The notes under the pieces were generated by a model, which was not told where the DNA came from, made no database searches, and saw only the letters and a list, made by a program, of their open reading frames with translations. The translations under genes and the position numbers were made by a program. A stretch of DNA of 63,380 bases, the filler included. It is 4 parts of 4 records of this genome, joined end to end, with 100 filler letters (N's around TTAATTAATTAA, not from the genome) between each part and the next. Parts side by side here need not be neighbours in the genome. Positions count along the whole stretch, not along the records: positions 1 to 31,871 come from SRR20825006_1118; positions 31,972 to 44,083 come from SRR20825006_1119; 2 more parts are not named here. One strand, given 5' to 3'. Shown in pieces: positions 29,898 through 42,729 of this stretch; position 1 is the first letter of the stretch, and each line of letters begins with the position of its first letter.

Positions 29898-31781
29898 TTA
29901 TTCAGACTTTTTAGAATCGCTTTGCGTTTTCACATTAAAACTCGGAGCCACATAATCTTTAGGTAAATAATCAGATGGAATCGTGCTCTGATTGCCATCG
30001 CGAGCCGCACGGTAATGCGGCGAAAGAATCTCTATACCATTTTCATTACATACATCTTGAATATTTTGATGCAGGTTAGAGTAGATGGAAGCTTGTTTAT
30101 TGGCTTCGCGTACATAGGCATTGATTTGATAGGCCACATAAAAATCCTCTAAACTGGTTTGCAGCACAAAGGGTTGCGGATCTTTTAAAACCAGATCGGT
30201 GCGTAATGCAGCATCAATAAGCGTCTGGTGCATCACTTTCCACGGAATATCATAACCGATAGTCACGGTGGTATGAATGATCAACCCTTTTTCTGGAGCA
30301 TCACTGCTGTAATTGATGGTGTGACTACTCATCACCGTTGAATTAGGAATAGAAATGATCTCATTTTTGGGAGTCCGGACTCGAGTCACCAAAGAAGATT
30401 TTTCGATCACATCTCCTACGATTTCACCAATTTTCACCCGATCACCTATTTTAAACAAGCGCATATAGGTAAGTACCAATCCTGCGATCACGTTAGAAAG
30501 CGAGCCCGCAGAACCAAAGGTAAAAAGGAAACCTAAAAACACTGAGATCCCTTGAAAAACGGGAGATTCGCTTCCAGGTAAATACGGGAAAATCACCACA
30601 AAGGCAAAAGCGATCACTAGCACACGTACCAATTGATAGGTTGGGTTGGCCCAATCAGGATAAAACCCGTTAAAGGTCAAGCGGCCTTCTGCGATCTCAA
30701 CTTTTAAAAAGTTTAAAAATTTCAGCAATAACCTAAATACCACAATGATGACAACGATCGCAAAGATGTTTGGTAGATAATTCCAGATAGCTAGAAAAAT
30801 CCCTTTAATGGGATTGATAATGTATCCTAACAACTCGTGCGCAAAGGCTTCCGTTTGTGGGAAAAAGCCAAAAATGAGCGGTAACGCGATATAAATGGCC
30901 AGCAGCACCGTAACCCATTTTAATATGCGATTGATCAAGAGTAATACATGTACTTGACGCTCGGTATCTAAAAGTGTATAATTTTTAACGGTAACCGCTT
31001 TTAAGCGTTTATGCTTTTGACGTTGAATTTTTAAAGCCGTCCATCTGAATAAACGCAACACGTATTTTATGATCAATCCCATCACGATGATCACCAGCAG
31101 GGCCATACCGATGCTTTTCAGTAAATTGATCAGACTGTGTTCTTCTTTATAAACGGTCACTGCATCGGCAATAACCTCCTTGTACGAGGTGGCTAAAGCT
31201 AGGGGAGTGGTTTCAAACCACAAGGCATCCACTTCTGTAACACTGGCTATAGTTTGATTACCATAAATTACATCAACGGTAGCTTCATTTTCATTTACTT
31301 TGAGCGAATCTGAAAAGAATTCTAAAGTCTCGGTAAGACGCTTGATACGCGAACTGATCGCATTGGCGCGTTCTTGTGCAGAAAAACTTCCTAATCGATT
31401 ATAGACTAAAAACAACGTATCTTCTTCAAAACCGGCAACCGGAAAACCTCTGGTAGTTTTTTTGAGGCTTTCTATTTGAAGACGTTTTTTTTCTAGAAGT
31501 TCATTTTCTTTGGTTTCAAACTGCTTGAGTTGTGCTTCTAATTGCGTACGTTCCCTGTTGTTTGTAGAGCTAACTGCATCTAAGCGTGCTTCGAGATCGG
31601 CACGGCGTATTGAATCTGCAAAACGCTGTTTTTCTAATTCGGCCAGTTTTTTTACAAAATCATCACCGGTTGTAACAGCCGGAACAGAATCCACAACTGT
31701 GGTCGTACTATCGGTCTGCGCCGAAGTGACAAGTGTAAAAAAGAAAATAAGAACAAAACTGAAACGCTGTGCAAAAACCAT
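29898..31781 (-). CDS. Small-conductance mechanosensitive channel (MscS family) with periplasmic N-terminal extension
   Basis: SNVIAGL...FKIGDRVKIG...G.V...TRVRT...IPNS...NYS. Confidence 0.92.
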   Translation of the reverse strand: MVFAQRFSFVLIFFFTLVTSAQTDSTTTVVDSVPAVTTGDDFVKKLAELEKQRFADSIRRADLEARLDAVSSTNNRERTQLEAQLKQFETKENELLEKKRLQIESLKKTTRGFPVAGFEEDTLFLVYNRLGSFSAQERANAISSRIKRLTETLEFFSDSLKVNENEATVDVIYGNQTIASVTEVDALWFETTPLALATSYKEVIADAVTVYKEEHSLINLLKSIGMALLVIIVMGLIIKYVLRLFRWTALKIQRQKHKRLKAVTVKNYTLLDTERQVHVLLLINRILKWVTVLLAIYIALPLIFGFFPQTEAFAHELLGYIINPIKGIFLAIWNYLPNIFAIVVIIVVFRLLLKFLNFLKVEIAEGRLTFNGFYPDWANPTYQLVRVLVIAFAFVVIFPYLPGSESPVFQGISVFLGFLFTFGSAGSLSNVIAGLVLTYMRLFKIGDRVKIGEIVGDVIEKSSLVTRVRTPKNEIISIPNSTVMSSHTINYSSDAPEKGLIIHTTVTIGYDIPWKVMHQTLIDAALRTDLVLKDPQPFVLQTSLEDFYVAYQINAYVREANKQASIYSNLHQNIQDVCNENGIEILSPHYRAARDGNQSTIPSDYLPKDYVAPSFNVKTQSDSKKSE

Positions 31782-31871
31782 TAGTAAACCTCTTAAATGA
31801 AGTGTGAAAAGTACTTAATTTGATGATATTTCTCAATCCATCAAACTTTTAATTCTGAGGCTTTTTTAAAT

Positions 31872-31971
31872 NNNNNNNNNNNNNNNNNNNNNNNNNNNNN
31901 NNNNNNNNNNNNNNNTTAATTAATTAANNNNNNNNNNNNNNNNNNNNNNNNNNNNNNNNNNNNNNNNNNNN
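31872..31971. other. Artificial contig spacer
   Basis: N44-TTAATTAATTAA-N44, with stops in all six frames; base composition changes abruptly across it. Confidence 0.99.
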
Positions 31972-31972
31972 A

Positions 31973-31997
31973 GTAGAACAATTGTCCCCAATTGTTC
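31973..31997 (+). repeat. GTAG-tagged REP palindrome
   Basis: GTAGAACAATTG-tccc-CAATTGTTC at the contig end. Confidence 0.7.
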
Positions 31998-32077
31998 CGT
32001 CGAACAGGTTTGAGATGCAGCTCGTCTTCGTATTCGCATTTATCGCGATGCAGCGTGCCTCGTCAGCGACGCAATCT

Positions 32078-32137
32078 GTAGCACGGTGGTCTCCACCGTG
32101 AATGCGTACATAGCTCGCTGGGGACGCCAGCGAGCTA
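32078..32137. repeat. Inverted pair of GTAG-tagged REP palindromes
   Basis: GTAG-CACGGTGG-tct-CCACCGTG, then TAGCTCGCTGG-gacg-CCAGCGAGCTAC (GTAG tag on the minus strand). Confidence 0.75.
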
Positions 32138-32176
32138 CATGGTTCGGCAACTTCAGTGAAAACCTAGTTGACTCGA

Positions 32177-32791
32177 TCAATCGACCAGCTGAGCACCGGG
32201 TGGCAGTGGATCAGCGTGGATGATCACGTCGCCTTGCGAGTCAACGCGATTCGATTGGTAAGAGGAGCGTGGGCCGAACGAATCACCTTGGATCGTGCCG
32301 CCGTAAGCGTCGACGGGATAACCGCCACCAGGAACGATGGTCTCGCCGTAACCCAGCGTGCCGCTGCCCAAGTAAGGATCGACAGCACCCTCGTAGTAAC
32401 CAGGCATGCCGACGGCATACTCGCTGCCGCATCCGTCACCAACGTAGGCTTGCGGTGCGGGACAGGTCGAACAGGTGCCCACGGAAGCTTGAGGTGCAGC
32501 GTAGGGCACATAAGCAGGTGCGGGCGCATAAACAGGTTGTTGTGGGATCATCGGCGGAGCAGCGACGGCTGGACCGCGATTGAACAAACCACAGGATCCC
32601 GTGTTGCAACCACCAGCGCTTGGTGCAGGCGGCGGAGCGAACGGGTTGACGGCACGACCGATCGCGCCGACGCGATTGCAAAGGCCACAGTTTGCACCAC
32701 GGCCGAAAAAGAAGTTTCTCATTCCTGAGCAGCCGGTCGAGGTAACCGTGACCGTCACGAGCATCAGGAGCGTTAGAGTTCGGATTGTCAT
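32177..32791 (-). CDS. Planctomycete Gly/Pro/Cys-rich putative lipoprotein
   Basis: AAGGA RBS before ATG 32791; hydrophobic signal ending in STGC; low-complexity body with several Cys pairs. Confidence 0.7.
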   Translation of the reverse strand: MTIRTLTLLMLVTVTVTSTGCSGMRNFFFGRGANCGLCNRVGAIGRAVNPFAPPPAPSAGGCNTGSCGLFNRGPAVAAPPMIPQQPVYAPAPAYVPYAAPQASVGTCSTCPAPQAYVGDGCGSEYAVGMPGYYEGAVDPYLGSGTLGYGETIVPGGGYPVDAYGGTIQGDSFGPRSSYQSNRVDSQGDVIIHADPLPPGAQLVD

Positions 32792-33071
32792 CAGAGTTTC
32801 CTTGACTGGCAAAGCAGGCGGATCGGGCAAGGTGGACCCAAGGGGAAAACCGAGCCTAAACGTTGGCCTTGGCATCAAGACCACTCAAAAGTAGGACGCT
32901 CTGCGTGTTGTGCAAATGCAACACGCTAATTTTGGGCAACAATTTGTTGACAAAACGCCACATCCCACCTTCAGAAGGGCTGTGGTAGCTTGGATGCCCC
33001 GCACGATTCATACGACCCGTTTGATTGTTCGCATGATGCAGCTCCCTTACTTTCACGACCACAAGTCGCTG

Positions 33072-34385
33072 ATGACCGACAACGCCATCAGCCGATCATC
33101 CGGTTCCTCGATTCGCGTCACCGCGGAACGAACGAAGCTCTCGCGTGCGATCCCGCCTTGGTTGCTCAGCGTCACAGTGTCCTGCATGACGCTGTGCGGC
33201 GCGATCGTGTCGCAACCGAATCCTGCTCTCGCGGGCCAGCCGCTTTCGTTTGATACAAGCAGCTTCTCAAAGCCTCTCACTTTGTCCGCGTCCAGCGATT
33301 GGACATCAAGCGAAACGATCGCCGCTCGCGATGTTGCTGAACTCGAACGGGCGGAAGAGATCGAGCGACAAGCTGAATTGCAACTGGACGCGTCGGAGTC
33401 GCTGGCGTCCGTCCATCCTGCCGCAGACGCCGTGATTCATCCGTCGTCGATGATTCCATCGGGATCGTTCTCCGTTCCTGCCCCTTCCAGCTTGCAACAG
33501 TGCTTGGCAAGCGATCGATATTGGTTGATCAGCACGCGTCACATCACCAGCACGGCTTGTCGAGCCAACCTGCAGAATCCCAACCTGCATATCTCGCGGC
33601 TGAACCGTTGCGGTCGAGTCACCCCCTCGAGTCTCGATGAATACCTCGCGACGTTTGATCCGGGGCGCCCGCGAGTCATCTACGTGCATGGCAACCGCCG
33701 ATCCGCACCCTTGGCAATCGAACGCGGTTTGGATGTTGCTCGCGAGTTGGAATCAAATCGATGCGGCCAGGGACCAATGGATTTTGTGATTTGGAGCTGG
33801 CAGAGCGATCGCGAAACGTTCGCGATCACCGACGCACGAATCAAAGCCGAACGCACCGACGCCCAAGGTTTGTATTTGGCTTGGTTGTTGCATCGTCACG
33901 TGGACGCCGCCCAACCGACAGCGTTGATCGGTTTCAGTTTTGGTGGCCGCATCGTGACAGGCAGTCTTCACGCTTTGGCCGGTGGCACGATTGGTCGCCG
34001 TCGTTTGAGCGAAGAGCCCGTGATGGCCGCCAACCTCGACGTCGGCTTGTTAGCTCCCGCGATTCAGAGCGATTGGTTGATGCCGCATGGGTACCATCGT
34101 TTGGCGACTCAAAACATGAATCGTTTGGTGCTGCTGTACAACCAACGCGACGCAATCCTGAAAAACTACTGGCTGCTTTCGCGAATTCGCGGCACTCGGG
34201 CTTTGGGGTACACGGGCCCGACGCGGTTCGCGGCCCGCTACGACGGATCGCCGCTTCCCGTGCGTTCGCGAGACTGTTCGCCCACGGTCGGCAAGGCTCA
34301 CTCGGAAGAGGAGTACTACAAGCGATCGTGTTTCGCCGGCCGCGAAATGGCGACGTTGCTGACCAGCAGCATGCAAGTCGATTGA
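33072..34385 (+). CDS. Secreted alpha/beta hydrolase (DUF900-like)
   Basis: YVHGN, WSW.S, GFSFG nucleophile elbow, LLAPA and the C-terminal His in AHS..Y; start uncertain. Confidence 0.75.
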   Translation: MTDNAISRSSGSSIRVTAERTKLSRAIPPWLLSVTVSCMTLCGAIVSQPNPALAGQPLSFDTSSFSKPLTLSASSDWTSSETIAARDVAELERAEEIERQAELQLDASESLASVHPAADAVIHPSSMIPSGSFSVPAPSSLQQCLASDRYWLISTRHITSTACRANLQNPNLHISRLNRCGRVTPSSLDEYLATFDPGRPRVIYVHGNRRSAPLAIERGLDVARELESNRCGQGPMDFVIWSWQSDRETFAITDARIKAERTDAQGLYLAWLLHRHVDAAQPTALIGFSFGGRIVTGSLHALAGGTIGRRRLSEEPVMAANLDVGLLAPAIQSDWLMPHGYHRLATQNMNRLVLLYNQRDAILKNYWLLSRIRGTRALGYTGPTRFAARYDGSPLPVRSRDCSPTVGKAHSEEEYYKRSCFAGREMATLLTSSMQVD

Positions 34386-34632
34386 CGGGGCGGGGGCGAA
34401 CGCTCACGGCTCGTTGGATTCACCTCAATCGTTCTTACGTCTCCGCTTCGCTGTTCAAATCCCCGCAGGCCGAACAGTTTGACTAAGCCGATGACTTTGC
34501 CTGTTGGTTGCGACGCGCGAAAGTGCGAACGTGTTGTACCGGACCGATCGATCGCGACGATTCGATGGATGTCGCAAAGGATCTGCGACGTTTACTTCGT
34601 TCGGTTTCGCAGGATGCAGTGCCGCCAGTCTC

Positions 34633-35292
34633 ATGAAAGTCAACTCACTTCACGCGTCGGTTCCCGTATTGTTGGTCGCGATGTTGGCTGGTTGGGCCAG
34701 CAACGAGTGCCACGCCGATTGGCCTTTTCCATTGCTGCGTCCCGATGGAGCGCAGCGGATTGATGTGATCGGACCGGCCGGTAGCCGGATGCCAGAATCG
34801 TATCGACGCCAATACAACCGTCCGACATACCTCGGTGGCAAGACCGCGGCAATCATCGCTCCTTCCAGCCAAGAAGCACGGGCGTGGCAACGAGCCGATG
34901 CGTTGGGTTTGTACGACGACAACGGTATCAAAGGTGCATTGCACGGCAAACACTGCCCACCGCAACGAGTCGAGCAACATTATTTCTATCCCAAGCCATG
35001 GGAAGTGCTGACCGTTGGACCTCGCCAATCGCGATCCGCTGATGCCACCGATGTTGATCGCTATCAAGAACCCGTGCTGATGAAAGAAGTCGCCGAGGAA
35101 TTGGAGGAAGCGGAAACCTTGCATCGCCCCAGTCCTGACGAACTGGAATCCGTTCTGCCGGAGCCCGAAGCTCAACAGCCCGTGCAAGATCCAGCGACCG
35201 ACGCCTTGGACCTGAACGACCAATCGTCGCTGCCGAGCGTCATTCGCGATCCCGTCTTCGTCGCACCGGTCAGCGGACTGATTCATCGCTAG
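34633..35292 (+). CDS. Hypothetical secreted planctomycete protein
   Basis: Signal-like N-terminus; conserved-looking core YRRQYNRPTYLGGK...PSSQEA.AW...YPKPWE; acidic disordered tail. Confidence 0.65.
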   Translation: MKVNSLHASVPVLLVAMLAGWASNECHADWPFPLLRPDGAQRIDVIGPAGSRMPESYRRQYNRPTYLGGKTAAIIAPSSQEARAWQRADALGLYDDNGIKGALHGKHCPPQRVEQHYFYPKPWEVLTVGPRQSRSADATDVDRYQEPVLMKEVAEELEEAETLHRPSPDELESVLPEPEAQQPVQDPATDALDLNDQSSLPSVIRDPVFVAPVSGLIHR

Positions 35293-35553
35293 TTGGCGAT
35301 CGTTTGATGCAGTGGCATCGGTTTCCAGCATCTGATAGCGGTGAACACAAACTGAAAGCCTTTGCCACTCTATGGAGCATCACGCTCTCTTTCCGGGGAA
35401 TTTAGGCTCATCCTTTCCTTGACCAACTTGGAAGCCGCCACTAATCTGTGCGTAAGCGGGGATTCACCCCGCTCCCGCCTGCCACCTCCCACACGGCTAC
35501 CGAATCAGTGTCTCCCCGGGATTGATTCGGATCGGCGATGATTTTTCGTCCCC

Positions 35554-38500
35554 ATGCATTTGCTTGGAAGGAAATTCGTCGTGATAGATATTTCGTTGGT
35601 CACGCTGTCCAAACAGTCACCGCGATCCCCACTTCCCCACTTAGCCGTTGCGGGACTCTTCTTTCTCTCTGCCCTTGGTGCTCCACCGAGTTCGGCAGCG
35701 AATGAACCCGATGCGGACAACGTCAGTTATCACGACGACGTCTTGCCAATTCTGCGAACCAATTGCTTCGGGTGCCATCAAGGCGCCAAGCAATTGGGCG
35801 AATACGTCATGACCGACTTCGACGCGTTGATTCGCGGTGGCGAAAGCGGAGATGCGGCAATTGTTCCCGGCGATGCCGAATCGAGCTATTTGATCTCCTT
35901 GATCACGTCGCACGAGGGCGTTGCCGAAATGCCCAAGGCTCCTCGCAAACCATTGCTCGAAACCGAGGTCGATACGATTCGGCGATGGATCGAGCAAGGT
36001 GCGAAGAACGATTCCCCTGAAACATCCGGTCCGCGATTCGATGCGGACCAGCCACCGGTTTACGCCGGTCCGCCGACCCTGCCATCGATTGATCTATCGC
36101 CCGACGAGCAAACGCTTGCAATCGCGGGTTACCACGAGATTTGTTTGCTAGACGCGAAATCAGGCGAAATGCAAACTCGTTTGGTGGGTATCTCGCCTCG
36201 CATCAACTCCGTTCGCTTCTCACCTGATGGATCTCGCATCGCGGCGGCCGGAGGCATGCCCGGCGAACTCGGTGAACTACAGATTTGGAACGCATCGACC
36301 GGCGAGTTAGAACTTTCGCGGCAAATCACCTACGACACGATCACTGGTTTGTCGTGGTCGCCCGACGGATCCAAGATCGCGATTGGAGCCAACGACAACA
36401 CGGTGCGAGCCTTGGACTCAGCCACCGGTGAACAAGTTTTGTTCCAAGGTGCACACGAAGATTGGATTCGCGACACGGTATTCACGCCGGACGGCAAGCA
36501 CTTGGTTTCCGTCGCGCGAGACATGACTTGCAAGTTGACCGAAGTCGAAACCGAACGCTTCATTGACAATGTCACGTCCATCACGCCGGGCGCTTTATCG
36601 GGCGGATTGTCCAGCGTCGCGATGCATCCTTCTCGCGATGAAATCGTGGTGGGCGGATCCGATGGTGTGACGAAAGTCTATCGCGTCTTCCGTCAAACCA
36701 AACGACAAATTGGTGACGATGCAAACTTGGTTCGTAACCTGCCGCGATTGAACGGACGCATCCGCCAAGTTGTCGTGAACTCAGCTGGGACGCATCTAGC
36801 CGCCGTCGCAACGATCGACGGCCACTCTGAACTGCGAGTGTGGAAGTACGACTTCACCGGCGAGTTGACCGACGAACTCAAAGCCATTCTCGGCAAACGC
36901 GTTGCGAATCGCTCCGCCGAAGAGAAGAAAAAGGTCGACGAATCGGTCAACCAAACGACCACGCAAACGGTGCATTTCGAACTGCCCGACGCGGCCGCCT
37001 ATTCGTTGGAATTGACTAACGACGGGAGTGTCTTTGTTGCCGCCAACGACGGACAAATTCGACACCTCGACGCAACCGGAAAGCTGGTGCGGTCATTCCA
37101 CGCCGTTCCACAAAATGAAGCGGGCTCGAATGAGGCACTCGCGGCAACCGCACCCACTCTGGATTTCGCAGACGGCAAACTAGAAACCGCCGATGCGGCG
37201 AGTGACGCGCAACCTGAGTCGGCGGTCGCACCGTCCGATGTCGTCGAATTATCCGTTGTCCCGGAGTCGATTTCGCTGACTTCGCCGTACGACTACGTTC
37301 AACTCGTCGCTATCGGAAAACGACATGATGGATCGACAATTGATGTGACGCGTCAGATCAAGGTGTCAAAATCAGACTCGTATGTCAGTCTCCCCGGTGG
37401 TCTGATTCGTCCCCAAAGCAATTCCGTCGGCGAAGTCACCGTCAGCTTCGGATCGCATCAACACACGCTGCCGATCGAGATCACTGGACAAAGCAAATTC
37501 GATGTCGATTTCATCCGTGATGTGAACCCAGTGTTGTCTCGTTTGGGATGCAATCAAGGCACCTGCCACGGGGCTCAGAAAGGCAAGAACGGTTTTCGTT
37601 TGTCGCTGCGAGGTTACGACCCCATCTTTGACATCCGAGCCCTGACGGATGATTTGGCCGCGCGACGCATCAATCCGTCTGCTCCCGATGATTCGATGAT
37701 GCTTCGCAAACCGTTGGGCATCACGCCTCACGAGGGCGGCACGCTGATGAAGAAGGGCGATCCTTATCACGCGGTCTTGCATCGATGGATCGCTGATGGT
37801 TCCAAACTTGATTTGGAAACGCCACGCGTCACCTCGCTTGAGATTTCCCCGCGCAACCCCGTCGTTCAGTCCACCGACGCTCGGCAACAGGTCCGTATCG
37901 TTGCGACCTATGCCAATGGCGAAACTCGAGACGTCACGCGGGAAGCGTTCATCAGTTCGGGCAACACCGAAGTCGCGACCGCAAAAACCGGCGGGATGCT
38001 CCACGCTGTTCGTCGTGGTGAAGCACCGGTGCTGGCTCGTTTTGAAGGCGCCTACGCCGCCACGACGTTGACCGTGATGGGTGATAGAACGGGATACGAA
38101 CAAGCCGAAGTGGACACATGGGGGCGTATCGATGAGTTGGTCGCCCAAAAGTGGGATCGAATGAAAATCGTTCCCAGCGACGTTGCCGACGATGCCACCT
38201 TCCTCCGCCGCGTGCACTTGGACCTGACTGGGTTGCCTCCTACCAGCCAAATGGTGCGAGAATTCTTGGCAGATGAAACGCCGACCAAACTCAAACGCCA
38301 AGCCGTGATCGATCGACTGATCGGCAACGAGGACTTCGTCGAATACTGGACGAACAAGTGGGCGGATCTGTTGCAGGTCAACCGCAAGTTTCTGGGCGTC
38401 GAAGGCACAAAACTCTATCGCGACTGGATCCGCAAAGCGGTCGAGGAAAACCGTCCGTACGACGAGTTTGCCTATCAAATCCTGACAGCGTCGGGTTCCA

Positions 38501-40836
38501 ACCAAACCAACCCGGCCGCGTCGTATTACAAAGTCCTTCGGACCCCCGAGGACACGATGGAAAACACGACGCACCTGTTCCTCGGCATTCGCTTCAATTG
38601 CAACAAGTGCCACGATCACCCGTTTGAACGCTGGACCCAAGATCAGTACTACGAGCTGGCGGCCTACTTCGCCAAAGTTGATCGGAAGAAGGATCCAGAC
38701 TCTGGGAATCGAAAAATTGGTGGTACGGCAGTCGAGGGTGCCACGCCTCTGTTCGAGATCATCGCTGACTCGGCAGATTCCGAAGTCCAACACGCTCGGA
38801 CGGGCGAAGACGTTGTGCCCTCGTTTCCTTACGAGTTGGCCGGTAATGTTGCAAACGAAGCTGATCAGCAGACACGAATTGCTCCATTGGATGGACAAAC
38901 GTTGGTCTCAAAATCCAACGACACACCCACGCGACGTGAGGAACTCGCGAGCTGGATGACGGATCCAACGAATCCGTACTTCGCGCGTTCCTACGTCAAC
39001 CGCATCTGGGGATACATGACCGGTGTCGGTTTGATCGAACCGATCGATGACATCCGCGCCGGTAACCCACCAACCAACCCACAACTGTTGGACTACTTGA
39101 CCGACGAGTTCATCGGGTCGAACTTCGACACCCGGCATCTAATGCGATTGATCGTCAGTTCGCGAACGTATCAGTTGTCCGTTGAGTCCAATCAATGGAA
39201 CGAAGACGATCATCTGAACTACTCCCACGCGACACCGCGACGTCTGCCAGCTGAAGTGATCTTCGACGCAGTCCACTCGCTCACGGGAGCCACCAGCCAG
39301 ATTCCAGGCATGCCGGCTGGGACACGTGCCGCCGCGGCAACGGATTCGGGTGTGGCTCTGACCGACGGTTTCCTCGCGAACCTTGGTCGTCCCGTCCGAG
39401 AAACCGCGTGTGAATGTGAACGAGGCACGGACTTGCAACTCGGTCCGGTGATGGCACTGATCAGTGGTCCGACGATCGGCACCGCGATCAGCGACCCAAA
39501 GAACGAACTCGAAAAGATCGTCGCAGAAAACTCCACCGACGAAGCCGTGACCGAAGAGATCTTCTTGCGAGCCTTGGGCCGCTACCCAACCGACAAAGAA
39601 CGAGCCGCTTTCGCTACCATTCATTCGCAGATCGCTGGCGACCACGAAACGCTGGTTCAGCGTTTGGCGGATGCCGAAGCCGCTTGGACGGAGCGTTTCC
39701 CTAAGTTGGAAGCGTCACGCAAAGAGATGCTTTCGAAGCTCGCCAATGACATTGAAGCTCGACGTGTGGAGATCGCCGATGAACGAGCCAAGATGGAAGC
39801 CGACCGTCAAAAGAAGATCGCCGAGGCAACTCAGAAGCTTGCTGATCAAGAAGCGAAATTGCCCGAGTTGGTTGCAGCGTTTTTGGCGGAGAAAAAGGCC
39901 GACACGGAATGGCATCCTTTGACACCGATCTCATTGTCCGCGACTAATCAAGCAACGTTGGCCGTCCAGCCCGATCGCAGCGTTCTGGCGAGCGGAAAGC
40001 AGGGCAACGGTTCCTACATTGTCGACTTCGAAACCAACCTGACGGGCATCACTGGTTTCCGTGTGGAAGCACTCACTGACCCAAGCCTGCCACAAAACGG
40101 TCCGGGTCGCTCGGGAAACTTCGTGGTCACGGAGATTACCGTTCGTGCTGGCTCGGACGGGGCTGAATCGGACGGGACTGGCTCGGACACGAAGATCCAA
40201 TCGAAAGATCTGCCCACCGTCAAGATTGCCCGAGCCTCAGCGGACTTCTTGCAGAACGGTTTCAAAATTGAAAACACGTTCGACGGAAATGCCGGCAACC
40301 AATCAGCCTGGGCCGTATCCGGAGCCAACGGACACGAGCACTGGGCAACCTTCCAATTTGCGAAACCAATTGAGAGCAAAGGGAAGACACGTTTGCGGTT
40401 TGAACTGGCTCAAAACCACAATGCAAAAGATCACCAATTGGGACGGTTCCGGATCAGCGTGACCACGGATTCGGGCGAAATCCCGTTGGGATTGTCGGAG
40501 ACCTTCGCGGCCGCGGAACGCACGCCGGCCGACCAACGCGGCGAAGCATTGTCAAAGACGATCGATCAGTACGTTTCCACGATCAACCCCGATTTGAAGT
40601 CGGCCCGTGACGCACTGAACCAAGCCAAACGGCCGCTGCCGGAAGACGCACAGATTGTCGCTCTGCAAAAGCGACACAAACGCTTTGAGGCCGAGACACC
40701 GATCGACCCGTCTTTGGTCGAACTGCGAGCAAACGTGGAACGGTCCAAGACTCAATTGGGCAGCGTTCGCCTGACCGCAGCGGAAGACTTGGTCTGGGCC
40801 CTCGTCAACTCGCCCGCCTTCTTGTTCAACCACTGA
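35554..40836 (+). CDS. Planctomycete cytochrome c / WD40 / Ig-like / DUF1549-DUF1553 (PSD1) protein
   Basis: CFGCH, WD40 repeats (FSPDG, WSPDG, FTPDG), [31 protein letters not shown]...G.G, and C-terminal [16 protein letters not shown]. Confidence 0.92.
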   Translation: MHLLGRKFVVIDISLVTLSKQSPRSPLPHLAVAGLFFLSALGAPPSSAANEPDADNVSYHDDVLPILRTNCFGCHQGAKQLGEYVMTDFDALIRGGESGDAAIVPGDAESSYLISLITSHEGVAEMPKAPRKPLLETEVDTIRRWIEQGAKNDSPETSGPRFDADQPPVYAGPPTLPSIDLSPDEQTLAIAGYHEICLLDAKSGEMQTRLVGISPRINSVRFSPDGSRIAAAGGMPGELGELQIWNASTGELELSRQITYDTITGLSWSPDGSKIAIGANDNTVRALDSATGEQVLFQGAHEDWIRDTVFTPDGKHLVSVARDMTCKLTEVETERFIDNVTSITPGALSGGLSSVAMHPSRDEIVVGGSDGVTKVYRVFRQTKRQIGDDANLVRNLPRLNGRIRQVVVNSAGTHLAAVATIDGHSELRVWKYDFTGELTDELKAILGKRVANRSAEEKKKVDESVNQTTTQTVHFELPDAAAYSLELTNDGSVFVAANDGQIRHLDATGKLVRSFHAVPQNEAGSNEALAATAPTLDFADGKLETADAASDAQPESAVAPSDVVELSVVPESISLTSPYDYVQLVAIGKRHDGSTIDVTRQIKVSKSDSYVSLPGGLIRPQSNSVGEVTVSFGSHQHTLPIEITGQSKFDVDFIRDVNPVLSRLGCNQGTCHGAQKGKNGFRLSLRGYDPIFDIRALTDDLAARRINPSAPDDSMMLRKPLGITPHEGGTLMKKGDPYHAVLHRWIADGSKLDLETPRVTSLEISPRNPVVQSTDARQQVRIVATYANGETRDVTREAFISSGNTEVATAKTGGMLHAVRRGEAPVLARFEGAYAATTLTVMGDRTGYEQAEVDTWGRIDELVAQKWDRMKIVPSDVADDATFLRRVHLDLTGLPPTSQMVREFLADETPTKLKRQAVIDRLIGNEDFVEYWTNKWADLLQVNRKFLGVEGTKLYRDWIRKAVEENRPYDEFAYQILTASGSNQTNPAASYYKVLRTPEDTMENTTHLFLGIRFNCNKCHDHPFERWTQDQYYELAAYFAKVDRKKDPDSGNRKIGGTAVEGATPLFEIIADSADSEVQHARTGEDVVPSFPYELAGNVANEADQQTRIAPLDGQTLVSKSNDTPTRREELASWMTDPTNPYFARSYVNRIWGYMTGVGLIEPIDDIRAGNPPTNPQLLDYLTDEFIGSNFDTRHLMRLIVSSRTYQLSVESNQWNEDDHLNYSHATPRRLPAEVIFDAVHSLTGATSQIPGMPAGTRAAAATDSGVALTDGFLANLGRPVRETACECERGTDLQLGPVMALISGPTIGTAISDPKNELEKIVAENSTDEAVTEEIFLRALGRYPTDKERAAFATIHSQIAGDHETLVQRLADAEAAWTERFPKLEASRKEMLSKLANDIEARRVEIADERAKMEADRQKKIAEATQKLADQEAKLPELVAAFLAEKKADTEWHPLTPISLSATNQATLAVQPDRSVLASGKQGNGSYIVDFETNLTGITGFRVEALTDPSLPQNGPGRSGNFVVTEITVRAGSDGAESDGTGSDTKIQSKDLPTVKIARASADFLQNGFKIENTFDGNAGNQSAWAVSGANGHEHWATFQFAKPIESKGKTRLRFELAQNHNAKDHQLGRFRISVTTDSGEIPLGLSETFAAAERTPADQRGEALSKTIDQYVSTINPDLKSARDALNQAKRPLPEDAQIVALQKRHKRFEAETPIDPSLVELRANVERSKTQLGSVRLTAAEDLVWALVNSPAFLFNH

Positions 40837-40864
40837 TCCGTCGCCACCAATCTTCGAGAAAACA

Positions 40865-42361
<1,497 letters not shown>

Positions 42362-42368
42362 TCGGTTG

Positions 42369-42459
42369 GTAACCGGATTCTCTAGAATTCGAACGCGCCA
42401 CTAGAAAGAAAACGTTCACCGTCTACTTTCGCCAACGAATTCTTGGCGAATCCGGCTAC
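42369..42459. repeat. Inverted REP dimer (REPIN-like), family A
   Basis: GTAACCGGATTCTCTAGAATTCG ... CGAATTCTTGGCGAATCCGGCTAC (reverse complement GTAGCCGGATTCGCCAAGAATTCG). Confidence 0.75.
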
Positions 42460-42473
42460 GGTTGGCGATTGCC

Positions 42474-42541
42474 GTGGTACATGAGGCCACGAATCCTCGA
42501 GCGTGGGACTTGAGCATCGGACTCGTTGCCTCGTCCACTAC
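42474..42541. repeat. Inverted REP dimer (REPIN-like), family B
   Basis: Degenerate GTGGTACATGAGGCCACGAATCC ... GGACTCGTTGCCTCGTCCACTAC (reverse complement GTAGTGGACGAGGCAACGAGTCC). Confidence 0.7.
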
Positions 42542-42729
42542 CTACGTTGATTGGATGAAGTTGGTGGCAAGAATCGGTTCAAGTGGCACAATCGGTTCAA
42601 CCTGGCCGGACGTTGGGCGACTGCAAGGGATTCCGTTTTTCATGACGTGCTCGCTCGTTCGGCGGAGCAACAAATTCAATGGTCGACCTGTTGAATTTGA
42701 TTGCTTCCACTTTTCCGAGTGTTTGAGCC

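Noticed and set aside
31916-31927. TTAATTAATTAA palindrome repeated three times in the window
   Set aside because: It is an artificial six-frame stop linker inside the N spacers.
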